A DNA stretch of 64,000 nt from Anolis carolinensis (lineage: Eukaryota), in the NCBI RefSeq assembly GCF_035594765.1, contig NC_085841.1:240208689-240272688 (forward strand). The letters are read 5' to 3'. The position numbers and the translations under genes were made by a program. Below the pieces are notes generated by a model. The model saw nothing but the letters and a program-made list of their open reading frames with translations, ran no database searches and was not told the DNA's origin. The stretch's first letter is position 1; every line of letters begins with the position of its first letter. Below, piece after piece: positions 38,301 through 50,849 of this stretch.

Positions 38301-41300
38301 TGTGAATCAAAAGCCTTATCTGGAGGTTACAGAGCAGAAAGTCACTCTCACAGTAGGCCTTACCTGAGGGCAGGATCAGCTCCAATCTCCAACAACAGCC
38401 GCACAACTCCACTCCTTCCTGCTGCCGCAGCCACATGCAAAAGGGTCCAGCCACTCTCATCTAAGGGTGTGTTGAGCAAGTGTTGTGAGGCTGAACCATT
38501 ACATTCATCTTGTTCCTCTTCTGTGCTGTCAGTTATTCCCAGAAGATGTTGCAGTGCTCCTAGGTCTCCTGCCTTACAGGCGGTGAACAAGGTATCCAGC
38601 AGAGATACACTGGGAGCATCTGGAAGGGAGAGGAAATTCTTACATGAGCCAAGTAATTAATACCTGAGTATATACACCCACGTCCCTGGTGGTGCAGTGG
38701 GTTGAACTGCTGACTGCTGAACTTGGAATCATAGAATAGCATGGTATACGGTAGACTCCTTCAGAAACATGAGAGGAGACTGAAGAGGGATAGAGCGGGG
38801 CTCTGGGATGGCAATCCTTATCTGGTCAAAAAAACAGAGGTGAGAGGATCCCTCTTGTCAGCGAAGGACAAGAGGGATCCTCTCACCTCTGCAGGAGTCT
38901 ACCGTGTACCATGCAGCTGTCAACAAGTCTACATAGGGACCACCAAACGCAGCGCCCAAACACAAGTCAAAGAACATGAAAGGCACTGCAGACTAACCCA
39001 ACTAGAGAAATCAGCCATAGAAGAGCACCTGATGAACTAACCTGGACACAGTATATTATTTGAGAACACAGAAATGCTTGACCACTCCAACAACTATCAT
39101 GTCAGACTACACAGAGAAGCCACTGAAATCCACAAGCATGTGGACAACTTCAACAGAAAGGAGGAAACCATGAAAATGAACAAAATCTGGCTACCAGTAT
39201 TAAAAAACTCAAAAATCAGAACAGTAAATAAGAAGCAAAACTGAGACATGGGAACTAGGAGCAGTTAACAAAGAATGCCCCCAGGCAGAAAGTAGCTAGT
39301 AGATGTAGCCATTCAATGCAAATTAGGGTGATTATCTGCAACATTTACGCTGGCCTCCAACTGACAAGAGTTCTTCCCTCACCCTGGACTTCCCACAGAT
39401 ATATATAAACCTTCCTTGCTTAGTTTCTCCATACCTCACAACCTCTGAGGATGACTGCCATAGATGTGGGCGAAATGTCAGGAGAGAATACTTCTAGAAC
39501 ACGGCCATACAGCCCGGAAAGCATACAACAATCTTTCAGTTAGTCTCTGCTACAATATCTCTGTGCATACTTTAGCATATGTCTCTGTGTGTATGTGTGC
39601 ACACATATGTACACATATACTCACACATTTCAACCTTAGACTCATCTTGATCTTCCAGTTCTTTTTGGGACTCAGATGATTTCTCACTTTTAGACAATAA
39701 AGCCTCAGATGCTTCAGCCCCTATTGAAGTTTCTCTGGAAGACTCTATTTCAAAAGAAAGACCAAATGTTAAAAGGTGTACTTTTGGCAACTCGTTAGTG
39801 TCGCAGTACCATTCTTATTCAACACACTTTTGAGCTGTCTCAGTACAACCCAGAAATGGATGTGAATACTCAAATGATGTTTCTAGAAGTTGACCCTTCT
39901 CCACCTTGCACAGAAAGAGCCCCAGGAATCGGCTGTAGAATGAGGAGAAAGTAACCCCTCTCCTTTTTAGCTTATACAATTAAGGGAACTATGGCGAGAG
40001 GTACATCACTAGTATGGTAAATACCAGTGATATACCTCTCAGTTCAGAATTTCTTTCAAGCTGATGGTAACATTATAGTGCCCAAACTATTCATTACAAC
40101 AGACCTTGCCACTTAACAAAGTATAGGCATACAAAAACTGTAATTAATGGACAGTCTTCTTAACAGCATATCCTTTGATGCTTTTTAAAATAGAATGTGT
40201 TGTTTAAAATATAAAATGGTCAGTAAAAATGGGCCAAAAATGAATTATTTCTATCCAGGAACAGTTCCATTATCTCAGCCACCCACCTCTGAAAGTTTTT
40301 GGTTTCTTCCTTTTTTTCTTGTGGTTTCGTTTTGGTGCCACTTCCATTTCACGCAGTTCCAGTGTAGTCAGTGTCATCTCCACCATTTCTAGCTGATTCA
40401 GGCTTTGCTCTTCATTTTCTTCCTCCTCTTCCTCTGTCTTTGCTGGTGAGACTATAAGAAAAAGGAGACATGGATCAGTCTATCCTTACTGCCAAATGAA
40501 CAAAAGTCGTATTCTTACTACAACCATGACTGTTATCACATCCTTCATATTACCAGCCTCTATCCCCATTTGAAGGTCTTTGTGCCCAGTCTTTTTCCAG
40601 GAACTCCTTACTAAACCATTTTCCAAATGCAGGGAGAATGCCTGAAGCCTTGGTGCCTTCTTTCTACTCAGTGGCCTAAGAGCTGGATTGGAAAAACTAA
40701 GAAAGCACAGGCATTGGCTAGAAGGCAAGGGATAGCAAGGCAGGGACCTTTACTTAGAGGATTTACATCCTGTCCTTCAGACAAAAAGGCTCAGAGAGTT
40801 CTACATTCCTTTTTTTCAAGAAAAAGATCTTCAACTCACTAGTATCTTGATCCTGTGAAAAGGCTTCATCCTGATGAACAACCTTTTTCCAACTCTTTCG
40901 AGGAGAACCAATGAGATCTGTTACTGCTGTGTCTTTTTCTGTCAAAAAAGCAGAATGTGGAAAAACCACTTAAGAGTCCAGAACCCTCATCAACATTTTC
41001 ATTAACAAAGTCTTCTTGGTTTCACACTGTAATTAAAAATACCCAATTGGGATTACACACAATATACTCCACTGCCAAGAGTATCCCAATGTCACATCTC
41101 CAGCTCACAAGTCACAATGAAAAAACTTCAACCAGGGCAGCTAAAATTATATGAATTATTAAGGTAGAAACTGAAGTGGTGGAATCCTTACCTATCCACT
41201 TGGGGGGGAGGTAAGGGAAAATCCTGTTCTCGAGAAGGAGGAAGATGAGGCAGTATGTTAATACAAACTCCTCACCAGAGAAAATATGACACTTGCAATG

Positions 41301-44300
41301 CTAGCTCTGAATAAAGTGGCCACTGTTTCCCCTGATAGCTTCAAAAAGAATGGGAGAATGATGCAAGAAGGAAAGGTGGTATTATAGTCTATGCCTCATG
41401 CTGTCGGACACAGATGCAGTGGCTACTTTTGTGCCCTGAAGGAAGAGAGAAGACAAAAATGGTGATTCCCTCAGAGAATGTGACTGCAATACTTCTGCAA
41501 CCCTATTGCACCCTATTGTTCTTCTATAGATTTTCTACAAGATTAATGACTTCTTTAATGCCCCTTTTGTGTGATAGAGGACCTGGGACACCACTCTTGA
41601 CCTCTGCCTCAAGAAGGGGAGGCAGCAAAGCTTTTTTCTTTGTAGGGGGCACAAAAGCTGCCACTGCATCATTTTCCAATGGTGCAGTAGAGACTGTTTA
41701 TTTTTTTGTTTATTTACGGCTCTTTTATCCCACCTTTCTCAACCCTGGAGGAGACTCAAGGCGTCTTCACAGTATAGGCAATGCCTTTAAAAACATAGTA
41801 CAATAAAAACAACCACACCATTAAAACAATTAAAAGCATTTGAATCCATACAACAAGTTAAATCATGGGATTTATAGGCATAGTCCGGGGCCATTCCATA
41901 AGTCAATTACACATCTTTCGTATCTAATTGTTGCACTAGATTTTCGAAGGTTTGGTCAAAGAGCCATGTCTTCACTTTTTTGTGGAAGGTCAGGAAGGAG
42001 GAAACTGATCCTATCTCTCTGGGGAGAGAGTTCCATAGCCAAGGGGCCACAACTGAGAAGGCTCTGTCTCTCATCTCTGCCAATCATGCCTGCGAAGAAG
42101 GCGGAGTCGACAGCAGAGCCTCTCCAGATGTTCTTAAACTCCGAGATGGTTCATAAAGGGAGATATGTTTGGACAAGCAAGCTGGGCCAGAACCGTTTAG
42201 GGCTTTATAGGCTAAAGCCAGCATTTTGAATTGTGCTCGGTAGCAAATCGGCTGTTGCCCTGCTCTTTCTCTTTTTGCAATGATGGAGACAACAGACAAT
42301 GGTGGCTTTCTGGGTTTTTGGGAAGGGTGAGCAGAAGCAGCTTCATTAAATAGCTTTGTAGGATAGCAGGGACCCTGCAGAGGAGAGAGCAGCAAATTTG
42401 TACTTCCTACCATCCCACCACCCAAGGCAACAATTTTACATAGCCTAAAGGCAGAGCTGGCTCTGATTTCAGTAAAAAGGACAAAAGTAACCAGGTCCGT
42501 GAGCAGTTGAGGATTTGGAAAATGTATATGAAACTTTCAAAAAGGAGTTCTTTAGGATCAAAAAGAGTTCCAAGGAAAACTTAGTCCTCTGACTAGCAAA
42601 CCCTCAAATGTATTACTGCAGGGGTCCCCAAACTTTTTAAGCAGAGGGCCGGTCCACAATCCTTCAGACTGTTGAGGGGCCGAATTATCATTTGAAAAAA
42701 AAATACAAACAAATTCCTATGCATACTGCACATGTCTTATTTGCAGTGCAACAACAACAACGACAACGACGAAAGAACAATACAATATTTAAAAATGAAA
42801 ACAATTTTAACCAACATAACCCTATTAGGATTTCAATGGAAAGTGTGGGCCTGCTTCTGGCCAATGAGATAGTCAAGTTAATTAGGATTGTTGTTGTTGT
42901 GTGCCTTCAAGTCATTTCAGACTTTGGGCGTGCGTAAGTCTAAAATTATTTATTTATTCATTTACTACATTTATTTATTACATTTATATCTCACCCTTCT
43001 CACCCCAAAGGGGACTCAGAGCAGCTGTATGTACATACAATATATTATATTATTAGCATAGCACAATATTAGCATTATATATTACTATATTGAAGTATAC
43101 CACTATACTATTATATAATATGTAATATATAACATATAATTAATATTATTATATGGTATAACTATTAGTATTATATTGTATAACATAAGATTATTATCAA
43201 TATTATATGTATATACAATATATTATATTATTAAAACTGATATAAAAATATTATATTATAAAACTGAGGGTGGGGGCCAGGTAAAAGACCTTGGAGGGCC
43301 GCATCCGGCCCCCGGGCCTTAGTTTGGGGACCCCTGTATTACTGTATAGGAAGTACAGATATCCATAACTGCTAAAAACGACCCCCTCTGCCAAAAGTGT
43401 TGAAAAAGGTATGCTCACCGTATACTTGCAGACTGCTCAGGACCCCATGCACTCTCTGCACTTCATGGAAGGTTGCTCTCCGAGTGCTAAAAGGAATGCC
43501 CCGAATCCGGGGATCATTTCGTTGAAGAGGGCCATTTTTGCTGCCAAAAAACTGAGCCCTGTTGGTGCGAGGGGCACGAAGGAAGATACGCTCTGCTTCT
43601 TGTAAATGCCTTGCCCAATTGACCAACAACTCCTGAATATCCTGCAGGAAAAGAGAATGGTTAACCCTTTCATGCACAAAGTTTCTATCTCAGTGTATGC
43701 CCCTGTGGCAGGAATACAATGAAAGTGATGCTTGGCCTCAATGCAACATCTGGTTAATTGTCTGAGAGACTTCTGTGACAGATGTCTTTCCCACATGAAA
43801 TCCTCATTTTATGCATGGTGAGGAATCATGTTCCTTGACATGCATGTTTTGACAAGAAAAAGGAGAATCTATCCTGCTAGAACTGTAACAGCCTGCCTCC
43901 TTTATTTTCTGTGCATTACCCTGATGTAAATGCTATTGATAATAATCAATATGAATTGGCAAAAGGAAATTAACTGTGTCTTTCCTTTATGAAGGCAGAT
44001 TATGTCTATGCAATCTCACTCTAAAAGACAAAAGGTGGCTAGAAAACGTATGAGCAATAAAGTCTCTCCTGCCCTCACTTGGTTGGTCAAGGGACATTTC
44101 TCACCTTGAGCAGAGCAGCCTCATTATAGCGCCGCAATGAAGCCCCAGCTGATTTAGGCATGGAGCCTTGAGCATCCCTCACTCCTTGGGCTGTACCCCT
44201 GCGGGCTCGCACTGTGTACCGATGGAAAGTCTTGTGTTCCAGTACTTCATTCCTAGGAACAAAGTGAAGATAAGCATACAGCAAAAGCCAATACCCACAT

Positions 44301-47300
44301 TACTTAGGAATGCTATACTCTCAGAAGGACTCAGGATTTATCTAGAACTTGAATGTGGTCCAGTAGTACATAGACAAGTGGGACCCATCCTCTATGTAAA
44401 TATGTGTAACATACACATCCTTTCCTACCTCACCAATCTTAACCTCTACATGAACTGTGATGAGCTACTCAAGAACAGGCTGAGGAATCTTTAGCAGCTT
44501 TAAGAGCAAATTCAGTTTCCAAGAAATTCTCAGGGAATTCTAGCAATGCAAAAGCCCAAAAGGTAGGACCAAAAAGACCAGCATATTTTAGGTAAATGCT
44601 CTGATAGCAGTTAAACCTTAGGAAAGGTACTCAGTCTTTCAGAATGGGCGAAACCTCATTTCAAAGCTAAGAAACCAGGAAACAATGGTGTCATGGAAAG
44701 AAGAATTTGGCCATCTGGAGACTCTAGAAAGCCAATCCAGAATACCATAAGGCCTGATTCACCCCTAGGTTCTTAATTTCCTTAATAATACCTCAAATCA
44801 TAGTATCTTTCAGCTGGCCACACTCTACTGGAGATTATACAACTCAGCAAGGCTCTCCATGACAGCCAGCATTCTTACCCTTTAAATACTGCTCCAGCAA
44901 AATGTCCCCCACCAGCCATCAAAATAACCCAGGTGATCTTGGGGTTTTGTCTCTGTAGGGATGCCACTAACTCTGCAGGATGTTCCACGATGTCCTGGAG
45001 ATACACAGTTACTTATCACATAAGGAAGAGAAACAGAATGTGTGATGGGACATTTTAAACCTAGCTGTTATACAGAAATGGGCAGAGTGATATATGGGCC
45101 TGCAGAAGACAGTTGACAGTACTGTAAAAAAAAAAAAACCTGTTTTGCAGCCTGTATTGCTTGCCAAGGGTTCCAATGAGATCCCTTTTAAAAAATTGTA
45201 CAATTAAGGTCAAGGATAAGAATTGAAAAGGACTGTTCCTCCCCAGAAAAATTTTGAAAGCAGAGATATGTTTATCTTTATACGTTTCACATAGTCCCAA
45301 CCTTCCAGGAAACAGCAAATACAGGAGAGGAAGAACCAGTGTGGCATTACAACTGGATAGTTAGGGAAAGGTCAAAGCCAGGTGAGTAGGGCAACCAGGG
45401 ATTGGCCTCATAGATTAACAGCAACAAGACCAAGAGCTCAGGAACAGCCCCAACTAGCTGAAATCACAATATCATACTAAGACTCAGAATACTTTGGAAG
45501 GGGAATATTAGCAAGTAAAGCAGGAAGGAGGGCAAGAGATGTAAGCAGTGTAGGAGTAAAGCTATGCTGCAACACAGACAAGCAGCTTTTTGAAACCTGG
45601 CTATAGTGTCATCCTCTGTTGGGATCATCACAGGCAACTGGTAACTACAGTATGAAGATGAAGAAACCTAGGAAAGGAATGATGCTCAGTAAGTTCTTTG
45701 CTTTGCAACATGCCTTTGTAGTGCACAGCACACAGCGATAGACTGCTATAAGTTGGCACTGGGAATTTCTGAACAGAACTCGCTGAGACCGTGGAAGATA
45801 TGTTGAGAGGTTTTGATTTCTTTTCCCTTTGTCTTCATTGTTCTGGTAAGCTGCAGGATCAGATTCACCGTCTGAGTCACAGTCACTGGAATCCGAGCCA
45901 GAGATGCTGGAAACATCACCTGTGTACCAACACAGCGACAGAAGATCACAAATTGTGCTGCTCAAATTTTACTTTTTAGTCAGAGGGGAAAAACTGTTCC
46001 TGCACAAGGAAAATTGCCCAAATTAGGAAGAACGGAAAACTTATTGCATATTGCATTCAATATCTCTACCAGTGTTAAATGGAAAAGGTGCAAGAATTTC
46101 TATAATAAGAAATAATTACATGAATTCCTCACACAGAGTAAAATTAAGTGTAAAAGCAGGCATCAGGGACTAGGTAGTCACTCCATCCATCTAAATGAAT
46201 GACTCTAGAGCGACTTGGAGTCTTTTACTGAGATTCTATCAGATAAAGTACAATGCTCCACTTGCATGGTTCTGTATCCCACTCCTAGCCCCAGCAGCAG
46301 TCAAATTCTGGGATTGGCTACTACTGAATGATGTTGCATAGAGGCCATGAAAAAAACAGCTCGTCTACATTTGGAAGAGTAAGAAATAGGGGTGTGCACG
46401 ATTCTCTGGGAGCACAAAGCAGCTGCATTTTCTTCATCTGGTTTGCCTCTCTCATCCCTGCCCTTCCCACTGAAAAGCAGATGTTGTATGAAGCACATTC
46501 TTGTGTCGCAGTCAAAAAGAGACATGCATTTGGGTTATCTTAACTTCCACACTTAACTTCCACCTTTTGTTTAGGCCAGGGCAATAGTTTATCATGAGAA
46601 TCAACACATGCAAAAAATGCTTAAGCAATAGCAAATCCAAACAATATACCTGCCTGGGTCTTCACTTCAAATTCTTCAACTGTGAGCATCTGTCGGCCCA
46701 GGAGTCGCTGCTTTAAGTTGAAGCGGTGCCAATCTAGGCGATAATGCTCAGTCTAAGTAGAAAAGAGAAATGACAGAAGCCACATGTAGGAGACAATAGT
46801 AATTGGTTCAATGTTTGGCTATATATACCAAATTGAACTAGGCAAATTAATCTCTCTGCAATAAGGTCAGAGCACCTAATACTTGAGTAAGAACAAACAG
46901 CACCATGGTCAGCCCCAAAAACATGTCACTTATCTGTCCTTTGATTACAGAATTACAATTTTTATCATATAGTGACCTATATTTGCAGTGAAGGTTAGGA
47001 CAAGAGGTTCTTGAATTTAATCTGAGAATAGGATATGACAGGATTTTTATTAATTTTTTGTACAAAAAAACCCTCTTTTCAAAAGATATAATCCATCAGT
47101 GCCTACCTGCTCTTCTCGACTGTCAAAACTCCTTGAACAGGCAGAGCAATACATCCGGTCAGACACTTCCAAGACCATGCTAGATTGATCCGGACTTTTA
47201 GTTACTGTGGACAACAGAAGATTAGCCAGAATACAGGAATAAATACAAATTTTACATGTAAGTGATGGAAACCTAATTTAATTCACAAGCACAATATGAG

Positions 47301-47624
47301 ATGCACATTCTTTCAGAATGTCTCAAGAATGCCATTATCATTTTATGAAAGCAGCATACAAAGATTAGTACATGAAAACAGAATCTGGGAAAAGAATGTG
47401 TATTCCAGGTGGAATATGTTAACATCCAGAAGAGAAAACCAGATTTTGAGAGAACTACAAACTGGTTTGAACTCCAGTACATCAAGATGTCAATGTACTA
47501 AAGTTGCATACTAATGATATCACTATATGATATCATTAGTATGTAATATTAAATTATGACCTAGTCCAGACATGACTTTTTGCTACGTTCTTGCTTGAGA
47601 TGCCATGTCTGAACATGAATGGTG

Positions 47625-47678
<54 letters not shown>

Positions 47679-48840
47679 GTAGTAGTAATGAGAAAACAAA
47701 AACACTTTTGGTTTTGATTTTAGATGAACCAGGGTTTCTATGGCATCTGAAGCAGTTATTTGTTCACACTAGAGTTGGAGAAGCTCTGGTCCCCAAAATA
47801 TTGATAAATTATTACTCCCATGGTTATTCATATTGAAAAGGCAGGCTACATCCAAGTTGGGAGATTAACAACTTCTAGAATCTTTAGGTTCTCAGGCCCT
47901 GATTTAAATTAAGAATAAGCCTGAATGTGAAACTGTAGGCTCATTGTGGCTTGATCACTCTAACTAGTTTCATCTGAGAACATATGACAGGATTTTTACA
48001 TCATGATATTTCTACAGAAGAAATCATTCAGCAGTGACAACCTGCTCCTCTTAGATGTCCTCAAACAAGCTTTTTCTTTGAGTTCAGACATCAGAGAGAA
48101 CTGTGATTTTTTTAAAGTAAAAGTTACAGCTCTCCATGACCGTCTCAAGAAAGAGAAAGGGGAAGACAAAGATCAGAAACCATTATTCATCATAACATCT
48201 AAAATGGAATTTTGGTGCACTTTATACCAATAATATTATGTACCACAGATATAATAAACTGAAGTACAGCTTTCCATTTGATAAAAATGTACTGAGACAA
48301 AAGTTTAGAAAAATTATCTTCTGATTCCAGTGAAACACTTCTTTGGCATGGAGAATGAGCTGATTAGAAATAGCTCATTCTTATTCTGGGAAAACAGCAG
48401 CTCTTGCGTACTTTTGGATCTGGCCTCTTTGATTAGTTCCAACTGTCTGCAATGAGGCAATTATTTACATTTATACCCCTTCATTCCACTAAAACTGAGA
48501 TATAAACCCCTTACAAAGTAAAATACTATATATACTAGAGAATTCAAGAATAAAGAACCCCCAAATCTGTTAAACCAGTGAGATGTTTTGGCCTTAAACT
48601 CCTAGAAATCCTAACAGCTGGTAAACTTGCTAGGATTTCTGGGAGTTGTAGACCAAAACACTTGTGTTTACCACTGGCCTAGAGCAGAACATTACTCAGT
48701 TGTTTAGTCCTTAGAAAATATTAACCTGGAACTGTAACAGAGGTGACATCTTCTGCTGACTCAGTGACAAGTCGAAGTCCATCCATTAAAAGCATGTTCT
48801 GAGCAGCCTCAAACACGGACAACGTCTCAGCAGGCTTCAT
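35233..48840 (-). CDS. ANKZF1: Ankyrin repeat and zinc finger peptidyl-tRNA hydrolase/endonuclease 1 (Vms1 orthologue), complete, ~706 aa
   Basis: 15 exons join to 2121 nt: C2H2 finger (CSACSRSF...[13 protein letters not shown]), VLRF1 domain ([38 protein letters not shown]), ankyrin repeats ([10 protein letters not shown]), coiled coil, VIM motif [12 protein letters not shown]-terminal CWLCG...[10 protein letters not shown] finger. Confidence 0.96.
35430..35500 (-). CDS. ANKZF1: ANKZF1 coding exon 14
   Basis: [13 protein letters not shown]. Confidence 0.91.
36069..36236 (-). CDS. ANKZF1: ANKZF1 coding exon 13
   Basis: [18 protein letters not shown]...[11 protein letters not shown]. Confidence 0.92.
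36300..37218 (+). mobile_element. CR1 LINE 3' fragment, open RT C-terminus
   Basis: [10 protein letters not shown]...[11 protein letters not shown]...[15 protein letters not shown]; (ATTCTATG)n tail. Confidence 0.95.
37822..37933 (-). CDS. ANKZF1: ANKZF1 coding exon 12
   Basis: [37 protein letters not shown]. Confidence 0.93.
38364..38619 (-). CDS. ANKZF1: ANKZF1 coding exon 11 (ankyrin repeats)
   Basis: [10 protein letters not shown]...[29 protein letters not shown]. Confidence 0.93.
38739..39530 (+). mobile_element. Penelope-like element 3' fragment with 5' inversion
   Basis: [19 protein letters not shown]...[14 protein letters not shown] motif followed by pseudo-LTR. Confidence 0.88.
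39625..39744 (-). CDS. ANKZF1: ANKZF1 coding exon 10 (low-complexity linker)
   Basis: [39 protein letters not shown]; symmetric phase 1/1. Confidence 0.7.
40287..40451 (-). CDS. ANKZF1: ANKZF1 coding exon 9
   Basis: acidic run, [30 protein letters not shown]. Confidence 0.87.
40840..40938 (-). CDS. ANKZF1: ANKZF1 coding exon 8
   Basis: [18 protein letters not shown]...; phase 1/1, GT-AG. Confidence 0.82.
41695..42255 (-). mobile_element. L2 LINE 3' fragment
   Basis: [22 protein letters not shown]... on the minus strand. Confidence 0.85.
42619..43336 (+). mobile_element. hAT non-autonomous element with internal AT-rich insert
   Basis: TIR CAGGGGTCCCCAAACT, 8-bp TSD TATTACTG. Confidence 0.92.
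43419..43641 (-). CDS. ANKZF1: ANKZF1 coding exon 7
   Basis: DIQELLVNW...IFLRAP...[23 protein letters not shown]. Confidence 0.94.
44105..44252 (-). CDS. ANKZF1: ANKZF1 coding exon 6 (catalytic Gln loop)
   Basis: [23 protein letters not shown]...[16 protein letters not shown]. Confidence 0.94.
44879..44994 (-). CDS. ANKZF1: ANKZF1 coding exon 5
   Basis: ...[17 protein letters not shown]. Confidence 0.92.
45714..45919 (-). CDS. ANKZF1: ANKZF1 coding exon 4 (GC donor)
   Basis: [12 protein letters not shown]...[23 protein letters not shown]|gcatgt. Confidence 0.85.
46650..46752 (-). CDS. ANKZF1: ANKZF1 coding exon 3
   Basis: [19 protein letters not shown]... Confidence 0.93.
47107..47204 (-). 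CDS. ANKZF1: ANKZF1 coding exon 2
   Basis: ...[21 protein letters not shown]. Confidence 0.9.
47626..47673 (+). repeat. (TA)n microsatellite
   Basis: Direct reading. Confidence 0.95.
48726..48840 (-). CDS. ANKZF1: ANKZF1 coding exon 1 (acceptor at 48843)
   Basis: [25 protein letters not shown]...; phase matches the next exon. Confidence 0.8.
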
Positions 48841-48949
48841 GATCTGAGTAGAGGAAAAAAGAACCAACAAGTCTTAAATGGAGCAAGAAGACCTTTCTTC
48901 ATGGTTGTAAGCCTCCAGATTTAATAGAGAAATTGACAACTCTCTCTTT

Positions 48950-50177
48950 GTATTGTCGAAGGCTTTCATGACCGGAATCACTGGGTTGCTGTGAGTCTTT
49001 TGGGCTGTGTGGCCATATTCCAGAAGCTTTCCCTCCTGACTTTTCACCCACATCTGTGGCAGGCACCCTCAGAGGTGTGTGAACTCTCTCTTGGCAGACA
49101 TTCTCAGATAATTAGGACAACTGAAATTTGAAGTTCCTACGCTTTAAGAAAAAGCCACAGAAACGGTGCCACAGAAAGCTGGTAATAGAAGAAGCACCTG
49201 GCATCCTGACAAGCAGTTGGTGGTCTGTAAAGGCTTAATCCCCATAATTTTGGCCACTGTCTTCTCTCTCACCCATCAAAGCACAACACCTGTGGATTGC
49301 AGGGATCTAGACAGGAATTTTTCTGCACTGTTTTTACCATACTTCAAGGGAACCACTGACCGTATAGGGAAGCTGATGAAGAAACACATCACACAAACAA
49401 TCTAAAGACCTACTAAGAAAATCCAGCAAATGCTACGTTTAGTGAAGGACATGAGGGATCCTCTCACCTCTGCAAGAGTCTACCGTATACCATGCAGCTG
49501 TGGACAAAACTACATAGGGACCACCAAATGCAGAATTGTTCAAACACAAATCAAGGAACATGAAAGGCACTGCAGACTGATTTAACCAGAGAAGTCAGCC
49601 ATAACAGAGCACCTGATGAACCAACCTGGACATCTGATGAACATAGAAATTCTGGACCACTCTAACACCTACCATGTCAAACTACACAGAGAAGCCATTG
49701 AAATCCACAAGAATGTGGACAATTTCAACAGAAAGGAAGAAACAATGAAAATGGACAAAATCTGGCTACCAGTATTAAAAACTCTAAAATCAGGACAGTA
49801 AATAAAGAAAAAAATTCAGAATACAGGGAGCTTCCAGACAAGAATCAGGGCCAGCTAACACCTCCCAACAAAGGATCCCCCAAGTAGCAACCAGTCAGGC
49901 CTTGAAACTGTAAGACCATTAAATGCTAATCAAGGTGGCAAATTGCAATATTCACACCTGTCTCAAGCAGACAAGAGTTCTTTCTCCCACCCTGGACCTT
50001 CCACAGATATATAAACCTCACTAGCCTAGTTTCCAACAGACCCCACAACCTCTGAGGATGCCTGCCATAGATGTGGGCAAAAAGTCAGGAGAGAATGCTT
50101 CTGAAACATGGCCATACAGCCCCTAAAAACTCACAGCAACCCAGTGATTCCGGCCATGAAAGCCTTTGAAAACACAT
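48950..50177 (+). mobile_element. Penelope-like element 3' fragment (49330-50177) with an inverted pseudo-LTR copy upstream (48950-49080)
   Basis: LPYFKGTTDRIGKLMKKH...VYRIPCSCG..YIGTT GIY-YIG remnants and terminal repeat. Confidence 0.85.
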
Positions 50178-50849
50178 TTTACAATACTTGTTTGTGTGTG
50201 CCTCAAAGTTGCCTGTCAGCTTAAGGTGAACCCATGGATTTCATAAGGTTTTCTTAAGCAACAAATACTCAGAGGTGGTTTTGCCAGTTCCTGCCTCTGA
50301 ATGATAGTGTACTAGGGCATCTGGCATTAGTCGATAGCCTCCTATCCAAGCACAGCTTGATTATCCCTTATCTGGAATTACAAAATCTGAAACATTCCAA
50401 AATTGTCCATAGAAGGGACTGAGTGAGTGGCAGCTTTGCTTTCTTATGGTTCAATGTACACAGACATTGCACAACATAATACGCTGTGTATCTACATTAT
50501 AGAATGAATGCAATTTAACACCACTTTAACTGCCAGGGCTCAATCCTATGGGATCTTGAGATTAGTAATTTGGCGAGGAACTGGCAGTCTCTGGCTATAA
50601 TAATAATAATAATTTATTTATATACAGCTCTATCTCCCGGATGGGACTCGGGGCGGTCTCCAATCATAAAGACAACACATACATTACATTACAGCGTAAT
50701 AACACATTATTAAACAAAATAAAACTATACAATTAAATAGCAATAAATAACAATTACACAACCTGATCAAGGGGACGGGAACCATAAACCCAATATATTA
50801 AAATAAATCATTTCAGGCTAGATAAGTCTTCTGCAGTATATTCAGAATT

